Shown: one piece after another, positions 1 to 12,848 of the stretch
Layout of the letters: the number at the start of each line of letters is the position of its first letter
Position numbering within the stretch: position 1 is the stretch's first letter
Assembly (NCBI GenBank): GCA_003971905.1
Contig: RSEE01000013.1
Location: forward strand, 62,001 to 126,000
Source: Moniliella sp. 'wahieum'
Lineage: Eukaryota
Direction: 5' to 3'
Length of the DNA: 64,000 nt
The notes under the pieces: model-generated
The model's database searches: none
Told to the model about the DNA's origin: nothing
Seen by the model: the letters and a program-made list of their open reading frames with translations, nothing else
Made by a program: the position numbers and the translations under genes

Positions 1-268
1 ACGATTCATCATCCGACTAGCTGTGCCTGCCTTGCGACCCATCGGTCATCCTTATTGTTTAGTAGAAGTAGAAGCGGTTTAGTATACGAGGCCTTCTCCT
101 GGCTCAGGTGTAAAAAAAGAAGAAAAACAAATCAGCGGCGGCGCAGCCAGTTTCGCACGTCTCGCCTTTACGCATGCACAAAGCATGCCGGGCGGTTGGT
201 TCTGCCCCGCCAGCACGCTCGAGCGCTGCGACCCGCGGATGTCGGTGCTCGCGCGACCCAAAAAGGAG

Positions 269-362
269 TGCTTCAAAGGGGAATCGAACCCCTGTCACAT
301 CGAAGTTTACAGGCACGAGGCCAGTCTGGCAACGATGTAGTATACCACTAACCCATTGAAGC
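269..362 (-). tRNA. tRNA-Gly(GCC) with 23-nt intron
   Basis: The reverse complement folds as a cloverleaf: acceptor GCTTCAA/TTGAAGC+A, anticodon stem CATCG/CGATG with loop TT-GCC-A (anticodon 328-330), intron 304-326 after position 37, T arm GGTTCGATTCC. A T5 Pol III terminator lies at 260-264. Confidence 0.95.
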
Positions 363-1118
363 TTTATGACAGTGCACCTGGAAGACTTTTGGTGGGACGC
401 TGTGCGACCCGAGGCTAACTAAGGTGGGGCAGGAAGACCGATTGACAAGTACAGGTCGATACATGAGGCGCGGAGGTCGGTATCATTGACAAATCGCAAT
501 TAAACGAAGGAGAGTAGTAGTATACAGGTTTGGACAAACCCCGTAAAGAGAGATATAGATCGATGGAAAGAAAAAGATACCGATTCTCCACGGCTCGAGA
601 CGAGAGGAAATCAACTGAGCACACTGATATCCTGATTGTGAAAATGTAGTGGTGACCCAAATGTACGCCAGTCTGCTTCGCTCCATTGAAGTAAAAACGG
701 TTGCCTGCGTTGAGCGCTGTGCTTCATTACTGTGCGCTGAAAGTACCGCACTGCAGGCGTAGGTGAAACCAGCGAAGCGAGATGTACGTTATACCTGTGA
801 AGAGAAAGGGTGGGTCGTCTTTTGTAGCCACTTCTTCTATTATAAGTATTATAAGTTTAAGACAAGATGAGGATATGGAATGATATGAGCCTATAGTTCA
901 TCGGAACGGGTAAGAAGCACAGTGAAGAAACGGCTCTGATGGAACGAGACAGAAGAAGTGATTCAAAAAGGCGCCATGGACCCTTTCCCCTTTGAGGAAC
1001 ATCAGGAGCAGAAGGGAAAAGGCGCATATGTACAGGTGCTCTCGGCCTCCAAAGAAGGCGTAGAGAGTGGCATGTGGCGCTTTCACACTGGGTTTTCGCG
1101 TTTCATCGGTTCCGGTTC

Positions 1119-2795
1119 TTAGAGGGGGTTGGGTGCATCAATGTTAACCGACACGGCCTTAACCTGGACATAGTTTTCCAGCGCGTAGCTTCCATTTTCA
1201 CGCCCAATGCCCGAGGCCTTGTATCCGCCAAACGGCACTTGGGACGACAAGGCGTTGTACGTGTTGACCCACACCGAGCCGGCCTGGAGCGCGTGCGCCG
1301 TCTTGAGAGCCTTAGAGATGTCACGGGAAAACACACCGGCAGCCAAGCCGTACATGGAATCGTTGGCCTTCTGCAAAAGCTCTTCGTGATCCTTAAACTT
1401 GTGCACCACGACCACCGGGCCAAAGATTTCCTCGCGACTAATCACCGAGTCCTCCGACGCATCCACAAAAATCGTCGGCTCAATGAACCACCCATTTGGC
1501 TGGCCCTTGCCCACGTACCGCTCCGCCGGCAGCGGCTTGCCACCCGTCACCAAGCGCCCCTCGGTCTTGCCCACCTCAATGTAATGCATGATGCGGTCAT
1601 ACTGCACCTCGCTAATCTGCGGGCCGAGATAACTGTTCTGGTCAAACGGGTCGCCCACCTTGACGGAATCAAACTTGGCCTTGAGCCGGCAAGGAACGGC
1701 TCATAGATCTTCTCGTGCACATAGATCCGCGTTCCGGCACAGCAGGTTTGGCCCATGTTGAAGTTGGCGCCCATGGTGCACCAGGAAATGGCCTGTTCCA
1801 AGTCCGCATCGTCCAGCACCACCGACGGCGACTTGCCACCCAGCTCGAGGGTGACCTTCTTGAGGTTGGTGTTGGCTGCTGCCTTCATCACCACGCGTCC
1901 GACGCGCGTCGAGCCAGTAAAGGAGACCTTGTCAATGTCCATGTGCTCTGCAATTGCGTTACCCGCGCCCGGGCCGAGGCCCGTGACCAAGTTGACCACA
2001 CCTGGAGGGAAACCAGCTTGGTGGATCAGCTCAAACAGCTTCAGCGCCGACAAGGGCGTGTTCTCGGCCGATTTGAGCACCACCGTGTTGCCCGTAGCGA
2101 GGGCAGGACCCAGCTTCCATCCCGTCAGTACCAACGGATAGTTCCACGGTACAATGCGCCGCACACGCCCACGGGCTCGAGACGCGTGTACTGGAACAAG
2201 TGCGGGTTTTCGCCCTGCAACACTTGGCCCGTGTGCTTGTCGGCCCAGCCAGAGAAGTAGCGAATGGTCTCGGCCAGTTGCGTGACGTCAAAGGCCTTGG
2301 CAATGGACAGGGGCTTGCCATTGTCCGTCGCCTCAATCGCCGCCAACTCGTCAAAGTTCTCGTCAATCAGATCGGCGAGTTTGCGAAGCATGGCAGCACG
2401 CTCGGGACCGGTCGTGTTCATGCCCCACCACGTCGTCTTGAACGCCCGACGCGCCGCCTTGACCGCCAAGTCAATGTCGTACCCATCGCCTTGGGCAATC
2501 TCGGCAATCTGCTTCTTGGTCGCAGGGTTGTACACCTTGAGCAGCTCCCCGGTCATGGCAGAGACCCATTTCCCACTGGATCACCGAGGTAGCAATAAGC
2601 AGTTAGGACATTGATCGCAAGGCACCTTTCGGCTAGGAACGGCACCAGATAAAAGCACGAACAATGAAAAGGGATCAAAACATACTCAATGTACAGACCG
2701 CCACTGAAGCTGGACTTGGTGCCGTCGGGGAAGACGAGGTTCACTTTCGGCACGGGCGACGAGCCGTAAGGGAGACTTTGAGCAGTAGGAGCCAT
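1119..2795 (-). CDS. NAD(P)+-dependent aldehyde dehydrogenase (ALDH1/2, AldA-like)
   Basis: Motifs [22 protein letters not shown], catalytic GQTCCAG, EEIFGPV and [13 protein letters not shown] are spread over ORFs 2125-2556, 1547-2164 and 1119-1658. ATG at 2795; intron 2576-2685 (GTATG..CTAAC..CAG) joins GLYID/GKWV. Apparent frameshifts near 2150 and 1690. Confidence 0.95.
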
Positions 2796-2887
2796 AGTGA
2801 TGGATAGGGCTAGAGGGAGCAAAGGGGAAAGAGGAAGAGCGGTGGGGAGTATGACGAAAAAGACAGGAGGGAGGGTCGAAGGTGGAG

Positions 2888-2897
2888 TTATATATAT
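2888..2897 (-). promoter_or_regulatory. putative TATA element of the ALDH gene
   Basis: ATATATATAA about 95 nt upstream of the ATG, followed by a CT-rich leader in an otherwise GC-rich context. Confidence 0.45.
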
Positions 2898-5800
2898 GCG
2901 ACCCCAGACGCACAGACCCTCGGCCACATGAGCTTATTGAGGTCTGAGGGAGGCCCCAGCGCGCGGGAATAATAGACGAGACGAAGAAAAAGTAGGTTGG
3001 ATGGGGGGCGGGGGACGGTGAGGAATAGCCGCAAGGGCAGCAGCCGATGGCTATCGTGCCTGTCATCTGTCACCCACACAAAACACAATAGAAATGTGAC
3101 ATGTGATGAGGCACACGGGCATAGGATGAGGCACGGCAGAGACGGGATGATGCTTGACGGATAGCGGCTGACGGCGTGGGGCCCCGGAGTGGGGCACCTC
3201 TGCGGTGGTAACTCAGAACACCGGGCATGGCCGGAGGCATGGATCCCGACGATGGGGGAGCGTGGGGGCGGGAGCGCCAGGCAACCGACAAGAGGCGGCT
3301 ATGTGCGCCGGGGGCCGAGCGGCGCTGGGGGTGGAGGCACTGGGTGGCGCTTGGCCGCGTCAAGAGTGGGGCTGGCCGGGCGGCTGGGGAGTGTGGGTGG
3401 GGCGGGACGAGAGAGCGGGGGGCGATGGAGTGAGGTGCGGTTGGCGCCGCACTGCGTCTGTTCGGCTCTGGTTAGCCCATGGTGGCTCGCCTGCGAAAAC
3501 AGCCAGAGACACTCCAGTGACGGGAGGCTAGTATACGGCGCGCTAAGACCCAAAGCCTTCCAAGCGCCCTGCGCGCGTCTACGGCTGCTACGGCTGCTAC
3601 ATGGCCGGTATAGCAGCACAAGGACGGTCAACAGATGTGAATGTGATGGTACTTTGAGTGTAGCTTTGGCCACGGCGTAAAGGCCTGTAGCACGCTACTA
3701 CGTCCGGCCGCGGTACGGTTGGGGCAGGTGCTGGGCCCTGCAACACGTGCGGGGCAAGCTGCAACGCTGGCGGCGGAGACGAGTGCCGGCTGGTGCCTGC
3801 CGGAGCGCATCGCACCCCCGCATGGCAGCCGCCGTGTGGGGGAATCAGTAACCAGTGCAGCAGCTGGGCCTGGGTGTCCCCCCGTGCCTGGGCCGGCAGC
3901 CATCACCCATCGCGGCATTAACGTCAAACATGTAACAAAGCGCAGCACGTGCAGCTCTCCGATCACCGGTCGCCAGTGGAGCAGGCGACAGCAGAAGAGC
4001 GCAGGCTGGACACTGCCCCCGCGCTGGGCCCGGAGCGGGTATAACGCACGAGGCACAGGGCCTCTGAGTACATGGAGTGCTGACTGGCGCTTCCCTGCTG
4101 CATCCCCCACGTCGCAGGGGGCCAGCCAGTGCGGCGAGCCCGTCCTTGCCCCCACACTGGCACCGCGCCCCAACTGGGAAGCGCATAGCTGTCTCACCAT
4201 GTCCGCCCTCCCCAGCGTCTGATCGCATCGGTTCCGCGCCCTTCCGCTCCCGGTTCCGCGGCCCGAACTCGTAGTGCTTGGGCATGGATTGGGACGGCCA
4301 TTGTTGGATGTCTGTGTCTTCCCTCTCCCGTTCCATTGAACGTTTGAACCCAGCCACCATCTTCAATGCACCACCCTCTCCCATCATCTTTCGGCGCGAC
4401 GGCGGGTCGCCCAGCCTATCCTCTCTCCCTCGTCGCAAGTCCCGTTCGTACGGCCGAGGTGGTCTGTGCGGGAGCTTCTGTGAGTCCCTGAATTTGTCCT
4501 ACTTCAATCTTTTCGTCTCTGGTCTTTTGGACACAAGTGAGCTTCACTGCTTAGTTGTGAGCATGCGGATCTGGACGTCGGTTTTTCCTGATCTGAGCAT
4601 CTCGTTTTCGTTGTGAGATTCTTCCCTCTCACGCGCTCGCCTCATGCATCATGCCTTCTACGTTTCTAGCTGAGGGCAGAGAACCTGTCATTTTTCGTTT
4701 GAGCATTTCTGGGTTTGACTGTCCCGTTCCTGGCTGAGCGTGGGAACCGTTCCCTACTGTTGGTCGGTGCTCATTTCTGGGTACCACAGGTCTCGATTCC
4801 CTTGCCCATTCTTCGTTGTGCTGTCTTCTCTTATAGATCCTCGTCTGTATGACTCTTGATTCATGTTTCTTTTCCCCTAGCGGGACATTTCGTCTTTTCC
4901 TTCGTCTACTTCGTCTTTTTTGTCCACATTTCGCCTCATCCTTTCGTCGTTCGTCCTTGCGCAGCATCCTTTGCCAATCCATCCTTGATCCACCACCAGC
5001 CAACTCCCGTGCTACTCTTTTAGATCGCCAGCAGTCGCTCCCAACTGCTTCCAGCAGCCACAACTGGGCCTTTTCCGTATCCATTCGGCCGCGCCATCCA
5101 TTGCCGTCGATCTCCAGCTTTCAATCTGGTCTGTCTGCTCTGCACCGATCCCGCGGCGACCCTGCAAGAGTTGAGTTGTTCGTCCGACAGACCCGGTCCT
5201 ACTTTGTCTTGGTCTGACGCGTCAACCGTACCGTTCAGGCAACCCTTCAGGATCACACAACGGACGGCAGACACGCTGGACCTGCACGTTCCGGTGCATC
5301 CACAACCTCTGGTCACGCGAGCCGACACCCCAATTGAGAGGTCCCACCTCGTCTCAAGCTCTGTTCGGATCTGCCAGTAGTGCCCGGGGGCTCGATGAAC
5401 CGTGAGTGCCAGTGGCCTGTCCAGATGGAGATGAGCGAGCGACAAGCAGACTAGCCTCGGTTCCGTTTAGTTTATTGTCGGGTGCAGTGCTCTGTCCAGA
5501 TACTAACTAGAGGGGGGGGATGAATATGCATGCCATGGCAAAAGCAAAAGCAAAAGATGATGGTGTGGTGAAGAGAGCACAATCAAATCTCACCGCCAAC
5601 CTCTTGTTTCGCTTTCGACCATTTTTCTTAGCGCGATGCAAAGCACGCTTCAGCCCAAACATCTTCCTCCCCAGCATCTCGAAGACATCTTGGCCCAGAT
5701 CTGCTCCAAGGTCCTCGTGGCATGCCTGCACCGTGGCTTGCGTCCAAATTAAATAATGGGCCCCAGTGGCAGTGGTACGTTTCGGCAGTGCGTAACCCTG

Positions 5801-6742
5801 CGCAGATGGCCCGTTCCTTCGCGCCCTCTAAGGAGGAGAAGTAAGGGTGGTGCAGAGGTATACTGACCAACCTGCTGTTGAGTGTATTCCCACTCGACCG
5901 CTGTCCATTACCCCTCTGGCTGTTGGCGCGGTCCACGGTCCAAAGACCTCAACAACATATTTCGTCCTCCCGACACGCCATGCACCCCGGCGACACTTTG
6001 TATCCGCTACCAGACACAGCATTGTTCGAGCCAGAACGAGATGACAAGGAGCAAAAGGAAATAGATTGGACCACTGGTGAGGAGAGCCACGATTCTCACT
6101 AGAGTGTATCGGCCATACACTCGGAGACGATATGGTTCCATGTCTTGCGTTGCGGTTCTTCCTCTTCCTCCGCGCACCACACCCGGGCCCGTTGTTCGAA
6201 ATGGCAGTGTGCATCATACCCAAATAATGAAAAGCGCTCGAGTTGCGGGTCGGCTCCCGCACCATCTCGCAGAGTGCGCTGAAGGTGGAAGGGATAATCG
6301 ATAACGTACGGAGCTCAGGATGGGCTCAAACAGGTTTAGTGAAGTCAGTCATCATGGCGACGAAAAGAAAGGTGCTGGACCGTCGCGGCGACACGGTGGC
6401 CAGAATAGGCAGGGGCAGGTTGGCCACGAGACGAATATTACAGCGATCCACCCTCAACCCTGCGCGTAAAACTACACATGTGCCCCAGTGGACGCCGCGA
6501 CGGAACATGATGTCTGACGCCCTCTCGGTTAGGGGTCTAAGACGCTGAGAAAAATAGGCGCGCAAAGGCAGGTATCAAAACAAGCAAGGCAAGAAGGATT
6601 CGAGCACCGTTTCAAACCGGTGCATTTTTGTCAGGTCGTACATTTCCACATCAATAAGAACGAAAGGGGGGGGAGGGGGGATTAGTGGTAAGAAGATAAG
6701 GCGCGCGGGGGGGGGGGGGGTTCAAACCCTCAGGAAGCCCGA

Positions 6743-8841
6743 TTAGAGAAGAAGTCAAGCACCTTCTTCCACCAGGGAACGAGGCGAGCCTCTTCGCGCT
6801 CGCTTCAAGTTGTTCGAGGGTAGGAGCTTCGCGGCGGCCGGTATCAATGTCAATGTCCTCCTGCTTGACCCAGGAGTGAAGCCACCAGCGTCGGGGCCCG
6901 TACCAGACGGCACGTTGCCCAGGTACTTGACGTGCCATGGCGAGCGGAAGACCGCGTCCCAGTCCATCTCGCCAAACACGAGGAAGGCAATCACCACGGG
7001 CACGGCGAGGTAGGCTTGGAAGAAGGTCACCGGCGCTCCGAGTCCGTGTCGGCATCGGCACCGATCGGGGCAATGGCAATGATCGCTTGGAATACCAGCA
7101 CGGCAAAGTTGATCACAATCCCGTACACTGCCCCGGCAATCCCGACGGGCGAACGCCAGGGAATCAGTTCGACTGGCCGGCCGGCAGCCTTCCAGGCAGC
7201 ACGGAAGCGGATGTGGCAAATGCAAATGGTACCTAGAGCGAGCGAGAAAAAGAGGGAAGAATGCAACGTTAGTTAGGAGGCAAGGGTAATGCAGGGTAGG
7301 GCAGGAGCCGAACGAGGACAAGTAAAGAAACATACCCCACGAGAAGATGACGGCGAGACCACTGAGTGCCAAGAGCCAGTTGAAGACGTTACCGGAGCTA
7401 GTCGAGTAAACGAGGAAGGCGAGGAAGCCAAAGGCCAGTGTGACAGCCACCCGGGCATAGGGCGACCTTCGCGGTCAATGTAGGCGAACCAACGGGGAGC
7501 CTGACCGTTTTGGGCGGGGCGACGAGGGTACGAGAAGACCGTACACACTCGTGTGGCCACCGACAGGGACGAGATGAGAATGACGCGTTGACAATCGAGG
7601 GCAAGGCGTGGATTTTGGCGTGCTTGATGACGAGGACAAAAGGAGAACTGTTGGGATCGTTGCTGCTCGACCCGCTGGTCAGGGCAGGATCGTTGGGACG
7701 GATGTTGAGAGTGATAATAAAGAGCGAGCCAACGTAGAAGAGCATGATCCGCATGAAGATCTGGCGCGAAGCTTTGGGGACTGCCTTGCGAGGGTTGATC
7801 GTCTCGGCCGCGGTGATACCAATCATCTCCGTGCCAGAGAAAACTGAAGGCGGCACTGACCAGAACGGAGCAGAATCCCTTGAAGCCATTGAGGAACGCA
7901 TCGCCATGGTGCCAGTACTGCAAGCCAACCGTCGTGTGGTTAGGGGCCCCGCCGGCAGTAATCACAATGCCAGCCACGATGAAACCAAGGGTCATGCTAA
8001 AAAAATCCGTGGGTCAGTACCAGGCTCGCTGACGACAAAACAACGGTACATACAGAATCTTCAGTACTGAGCCAAACACTTCAAAGTCGGCGTAACCGCG
8101 AACGCCAAAGATGTTGATCACGGCAATGACAACCCAGCAAATGATCACCCAGACACCAGGGGATACGTGTTGGTTCGGATCCCAGAACCCAATAATGATG
8201 GTCGCTGCCACCAATTCGAGGGGCAAGGTGACGAACCATTGCATCCAGTCTGTGCAGAGGCAGAGGTTAGTCGATTGTCGAAGGGTAGATACCATGGGAG
8301 ACAGGGGGTGCAGAAATACGAACAGTTCCAACCCATGGCGAAACCCCAGGCGGGCGAGATGAAGCGGGTGGAGTAGGTGGAGAAGGAGCCAGAAACAGGG
8401 AAAATAACCGCCAATTCACCGAGGCACATGACGACACAGTAGAGCATGGAACCAATCAAGCAGTAGTCGATAATCAAAAATCCCGGGCCACCGCTGGCGT
8501 ACAACCGTGCCACCCAATGTAGAGACCGGTACCGATGCTACCGCCAAAGGCGATCATCTGAATGTGGAACTGGCTCAGCTTGCGCTGAAGTCCCTCGGGG
8601 GGTTGGAGGTGATTTCCTGGATGGAGGAGGTGCCGTCCAAGTCATCGTCTTCGCGGCCATAAGGGGAGTGGGCGCTGTCAATAAACGAAGTCTTCTCGAG
8701 TGCTTGTTCGGTGGGCGAAGCCTTGGCCATGTCGGGGTAGTTGGCCGGCTGGGCCTGCGCGGCCGCCGACTCGGGCGTGTCGACGAGCGGGGCCGGGTGC
8801 AGCTTAAAGCCGTCGAGCCAGTAGCGGATGGCACTGGCCAT
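6743..8841 (-). CDS. amino-acid permease (APC/YAT family, GAP1-like)
   Basis: GELAVIFPVSGSFSTYSTRFISPAWGFAMGWN, GVRGYADFE, GFKGFCSVLVSAAF(S)GTE, AETINPRKAVPKA, SSPFV and VFNWLLALSGL. Several introns (about 8250-8320, 7997-8048, 7233-7335) and frameshifts; the C-terminus is probably PWWKKVLDFF. Confidence 0.92.
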
Positions 8842-11216
8842 GGTGGACGAAAGAGGTGGTGGTGGTGGTGGGGAGGAGAAACGCAAGGGGGCCCCGCGTT
8901 GCGAGGCGGCGAGCGGGAGGCTTAATATGCGAGCGCAAGCGATGGCGCACACACGCGTGCCTTGGGAGTGGTGCGTGAGCGCGTGAGGCTGGGCGCCGTT
9001 TGTTTTGTCAGGGGGGCCAGCGGCGGAAAATTGTTCCTAAGAACGCAAAGGAGCCGGTCGCCGGGGGGCGTTAGCTGCCATTATGCGTTAGACGCAGAGA
9101 ATGTGGCGGCGGGCGATCTATGATGCCATACTGCCCGCCTGCCTGGGCGCGAGCGCTCTGGCGCGGCCGCAGCCACGGGGCCTGTGGCCACCACACTCCC
9201 GCACGCCATGACGCGATGGCGCGGGTGACGCGTGACGCATGACGTGCGCCGCCGTGCGGGCGATAGCAGAGATGGACGCGACACCGACCCCGTGCCGACA
9301 GTTTGAGATGGGTTCTCGACGCCACATCGCTATCGCAACACTGGCGCTGTGCGTCTGCGTGGGATTGGCTTGGGCGGCACAGTTGCTCCGTTTTCGACCG
9401 GCTTTTGGCCGTGCCCGTGGCCAGGGCACACCAACGCAAAATAAGGCAAACCAACGCAGGCCAGCGCACACCAAGGCACCGCCGCCCCGCTCAGCTGCGC
9501 ACTCCGACGCCCAGGCGCGGCGCCCGGCCCGACAATGGGCCGGCTTGCGGCTGGCGCCGTGCCTTAGCCACCCGCAGCCAGCGGCCAATTAATTGCAAGC
9601 CCCCCTGAGGCGGCAGAGTCAGCCAGTAAAAGAAAAAAAAAAATCAAAATTCTATAATCAGTGAAGCTAGTGACTCCTTCCAAGCGGCGGGGCTGCGCCT
9701 GGGCCGTGCCTGGGCCGTGCCTGCGTTGCCGTGGCTGTCGGCTAGTCGGATGGATGATGCAGTCGATACAGCCGCGTCAAGACACCCCCACCACACACCA
9801 CATGTTTCCTCCACCGCCCACCAGCCCAACCCTGGGATGGGGCCCAAGAGGGCCCAGGCGGCCCAGGACTTGGATATGCTTCGGTGCCTGTCCCGGAGAA
9901 GGGGTCAGTTCAACTTGAACGTTCAACGAACGGTTCTCCGGGGCTCAGGCTGAGTGCCTCAGCAGGCTGAGGCTCAGCCTTCAGTGAAGCTTCAGACTGA
10001 AGCTCAGTGCGCAGCCTCCTGAGCACTCGCTCACTAGTCACTGGTGAGGCTTACTGCTCACTAGTTCCCCACTAGCTCGCGCCCGCATCCCCAGGATCCA
10101 CTTCTCAGATCTCATTCTTATGCGCTAGGCCTTAGGCCGAGCTTGATACGTGATGCACTTGAGCGCTGCAGGCGCGCTTGAAGCTTGAAGCTGGATCCGT
10201 TTGGCGCGTTCGCACCGTATGTAGATTCTTTTAGAGAGCAGTATATTATACCCCAAGCACCGTCCGCGCTCCCCCCTGTGTTACGCCCAAAGTTATACCC
10301 TCTTCTGCGTACTGAATCATGGTGCACTGAGCTATTAACTAACTCCGATTAACACGCAGGCGCGCTCGTCGTTATCATGCTCTTTCTCCCTCCGCCCTCC
10401 TCCGCCAGTGCCACATTTGCCCCACCTCGAGTATATTATTGACCCGTATAGACTGTGAGCCGCACTCTAAACTGTTCCATCAACGTCTTCGAGCACCACA
10501 ACCGTAAGTACACAGGTGGTTCGCATGGCGCGGACGAAGGTATCGATCATTTGCCAAAACCCCACATTATAATGGCCAAGCCGGCAAATTGACTTGCTCT
10601 CTTAACCGCTCAAGCTTCAGCTGAAGCCTTTGGACTCTGGGCACAATACCAGCATGCTATTGCTCTAGAGTGGGTGCGACCCTTCCCCCCTTCAGTGCGT
10701 TGTTTGGGCATGATTAATCATTGCTCGGCGGGCCATCTGTTCGTTTGGGATACCACTTCCTGGCCCTCCCCTCTTCCCGGCGGAACCTCATCGTCTCTCT
10801 CTTCGCCGTGGCTCTTGATTCTTTCTTCCTCTACCGACTGCCTCCCTACTAGCCCCGCTCACATGCATGTCACACCGGTAGATCACATGCATATCCAACC
10901 AACTGTTCAGCGCCCTAACCCGTCGATTTCGAAGCGTATCGTACCTATAGGACTTGCCCCAGCTGCTTGCTGTAATGCTCTTCCAACGTCCTGATGCTCC
11001 CAGGGGTTTAGTGCGTGGCAGATGAGGAACAGCCACCGTCGTCGGGCCCAGGTCAGAAGACATGAACGTATGCGTGGAAATTGTTGTACAGGTGGAAGGG
11101 GGAAGAAGACACGAGAAAACAATGGGAAGGACACCAGGTAAAAGGGAGGACGTGGATGAGGCCCCGGTACGTGAACATGAACGTCTGTATGGAATCCTGT
11201 GGAATCCAGGAATAAG

Positions 11217-12226
11217 TTACAGCCGCCGATTCTCCTTATCGGCATCCTCCTCGCACAAGGCCCAAAACGAATCCGAATCGTCGGACGCAGCACGAGAGGA
11301 AACCTCACTGGACGCACGACGCTTGCGCTTTTTCAGCGCACGGTGGGACCCACCCCATGTCGGTCGCGGCAAGGGATGCAGGATGGGGGGGTGTCCACGT
11401 GCGAGGCGGACCCAACGGGACGAGGGTCGGGGGAGACCTTCGATGAGGAGGGCGCGGCTTGGTCGGCACTTGGGGGATAACAGATGCAGATGAGCGCCGA
11501 GAGCGCCACACTGCGGCTGGAGGGTATGAAAGGCATGAGCTGTGCGTTGGCCCAGCCTACGCAGGCGGCTCCTGCCTCTTCCTGATCCGAGCGCGGAGCC
11601 GGAAAGGTAGAAGACCAATCGGATGAGGGAACGGGACCTGCGGAAGGAGCCGAGGCGACTAGCAGAGACGAGGAGTTGCTATGCCAATCTTCGTCCGTAG
11701 TAGAACCAGATACCATGGAGACAGCACCAGTAAAAAGCCTGCGCCTCTTGCTCAGCGGCGAGGCAGTGGGAGAGAGGGGGGCTGCGCCTGTGGGCGGGGG
11801 GGGGTACCTGGTCGGCGGAGCCTCGGGGGCATCGGCAGGGATCACAGGCGGCGCGTGAATTGGCGAGCCAAAGCGGGATCTCCCTGAGTGGAATGCGGTT
11901 GCGCAAGAATGGCGCGTCAGCCATGCTGGAAGAGGAGGAAGGGGCGAGAAAGGCGTGCTCGTGTGGCATAGGAGCAGCACGAGCGAGCAGGGGCCGCACC
12001 GGACCTGAGACAGGGCCAAGGCCAGGGCCAGGGGCAGAGGGGGGGCGGAGGGGGGCGCAGCCAGGGGGGGCAGGGGTGGTGGCATGTGGGTGTGGACAGA
12101 TGTGTGTCCCGGCGGTGGCCGTGCGAGGGTGGAGTGGCGAGAGGAGGCGCGATGCGGGTGGGCTGCGCCGCTCTGGGTAGACGTGAGGCGTGGGCAAGGA
12201 ATGCGATCGATGGCCGGCGATGGCAT
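11217..12226 (-). CDS. hypothetical low-complexity Pro/Ser-rich protein
   Basis: Long ORF 11333-12382 plus overlapping frame 11217-11618 ending LKKRKRR...DKENRRL. No recognisable domain; start and frame are uncertain. Confidence 0.35.
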
Positions 12227-12848
12227 GGCAGCCACTGAAATGAAAGTTGAAACTGGCCGCGGGAGGCGGGAGGCGGGACGCTGGAGATTGGAAATTGCAA
12301 CTTGGCCAGGACAAGCGACTCGCCCGATGGAGGGAGTGTCTGCGCAATGATTAAGCACCCAATCGATCCCGCAGCTGGGCAAGGAATGGTTAATGCATGC
12401 TTGGATGGCCTGAGCCGGGCAAGGGTGGGCGCAGCCAAGCTGGCGTCACACACTAGCCACAGTCCCTGGCCCCGTTTCACGCGCGCGTCCCGCAGCCTGC
12501 TGGACCGCCTGACTGGGACGGTGCGCGGCGCGGCCTTGGCTGATGCTGAGTACTCGACTGAGTCTGAGCGCCGAGCAACTGCGTACTGCGTGGCGTGGCG
12601 TGTGGTGGGCGATGCATGATGCCACAGGGTCGGTGATGGTGCTGCGCAGGCCCGCCTGGCGCCACTGTTGCGCAGGAGGCTGACGCAGCTGACGTAACCT
12701 CTGCGCTGGCGGCCTCCTTCAGACAGCTTCACCTCAAACCCGCCGTTCAGCTCTTGCAACCACCGCCATTCCAGCGCCGTCAGTTACGAGCCGCTCCCTC
12801 CAAGTTGTTTTTTTCGGGTGATTCCCCCCCCCCCCCCCCACACACGCC

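Noticed and set aside
415..1086. Small ORFs between tRNA-Gly and ALDH
   Set aside because: AT-richer, 3'-UTR-like sequence with no recognisable motif.
4560..4760. TPP riboswitch in the putative intron
   Set aside because: Only scattered CTGAG/TGATC matches, without the ordered conserved core.
10913..10921. CCCTAACCC as a telomerase RNA template
   Set aside because: A single 9-mer is expected by chance in 64 kb, and no supporting structure was seen.
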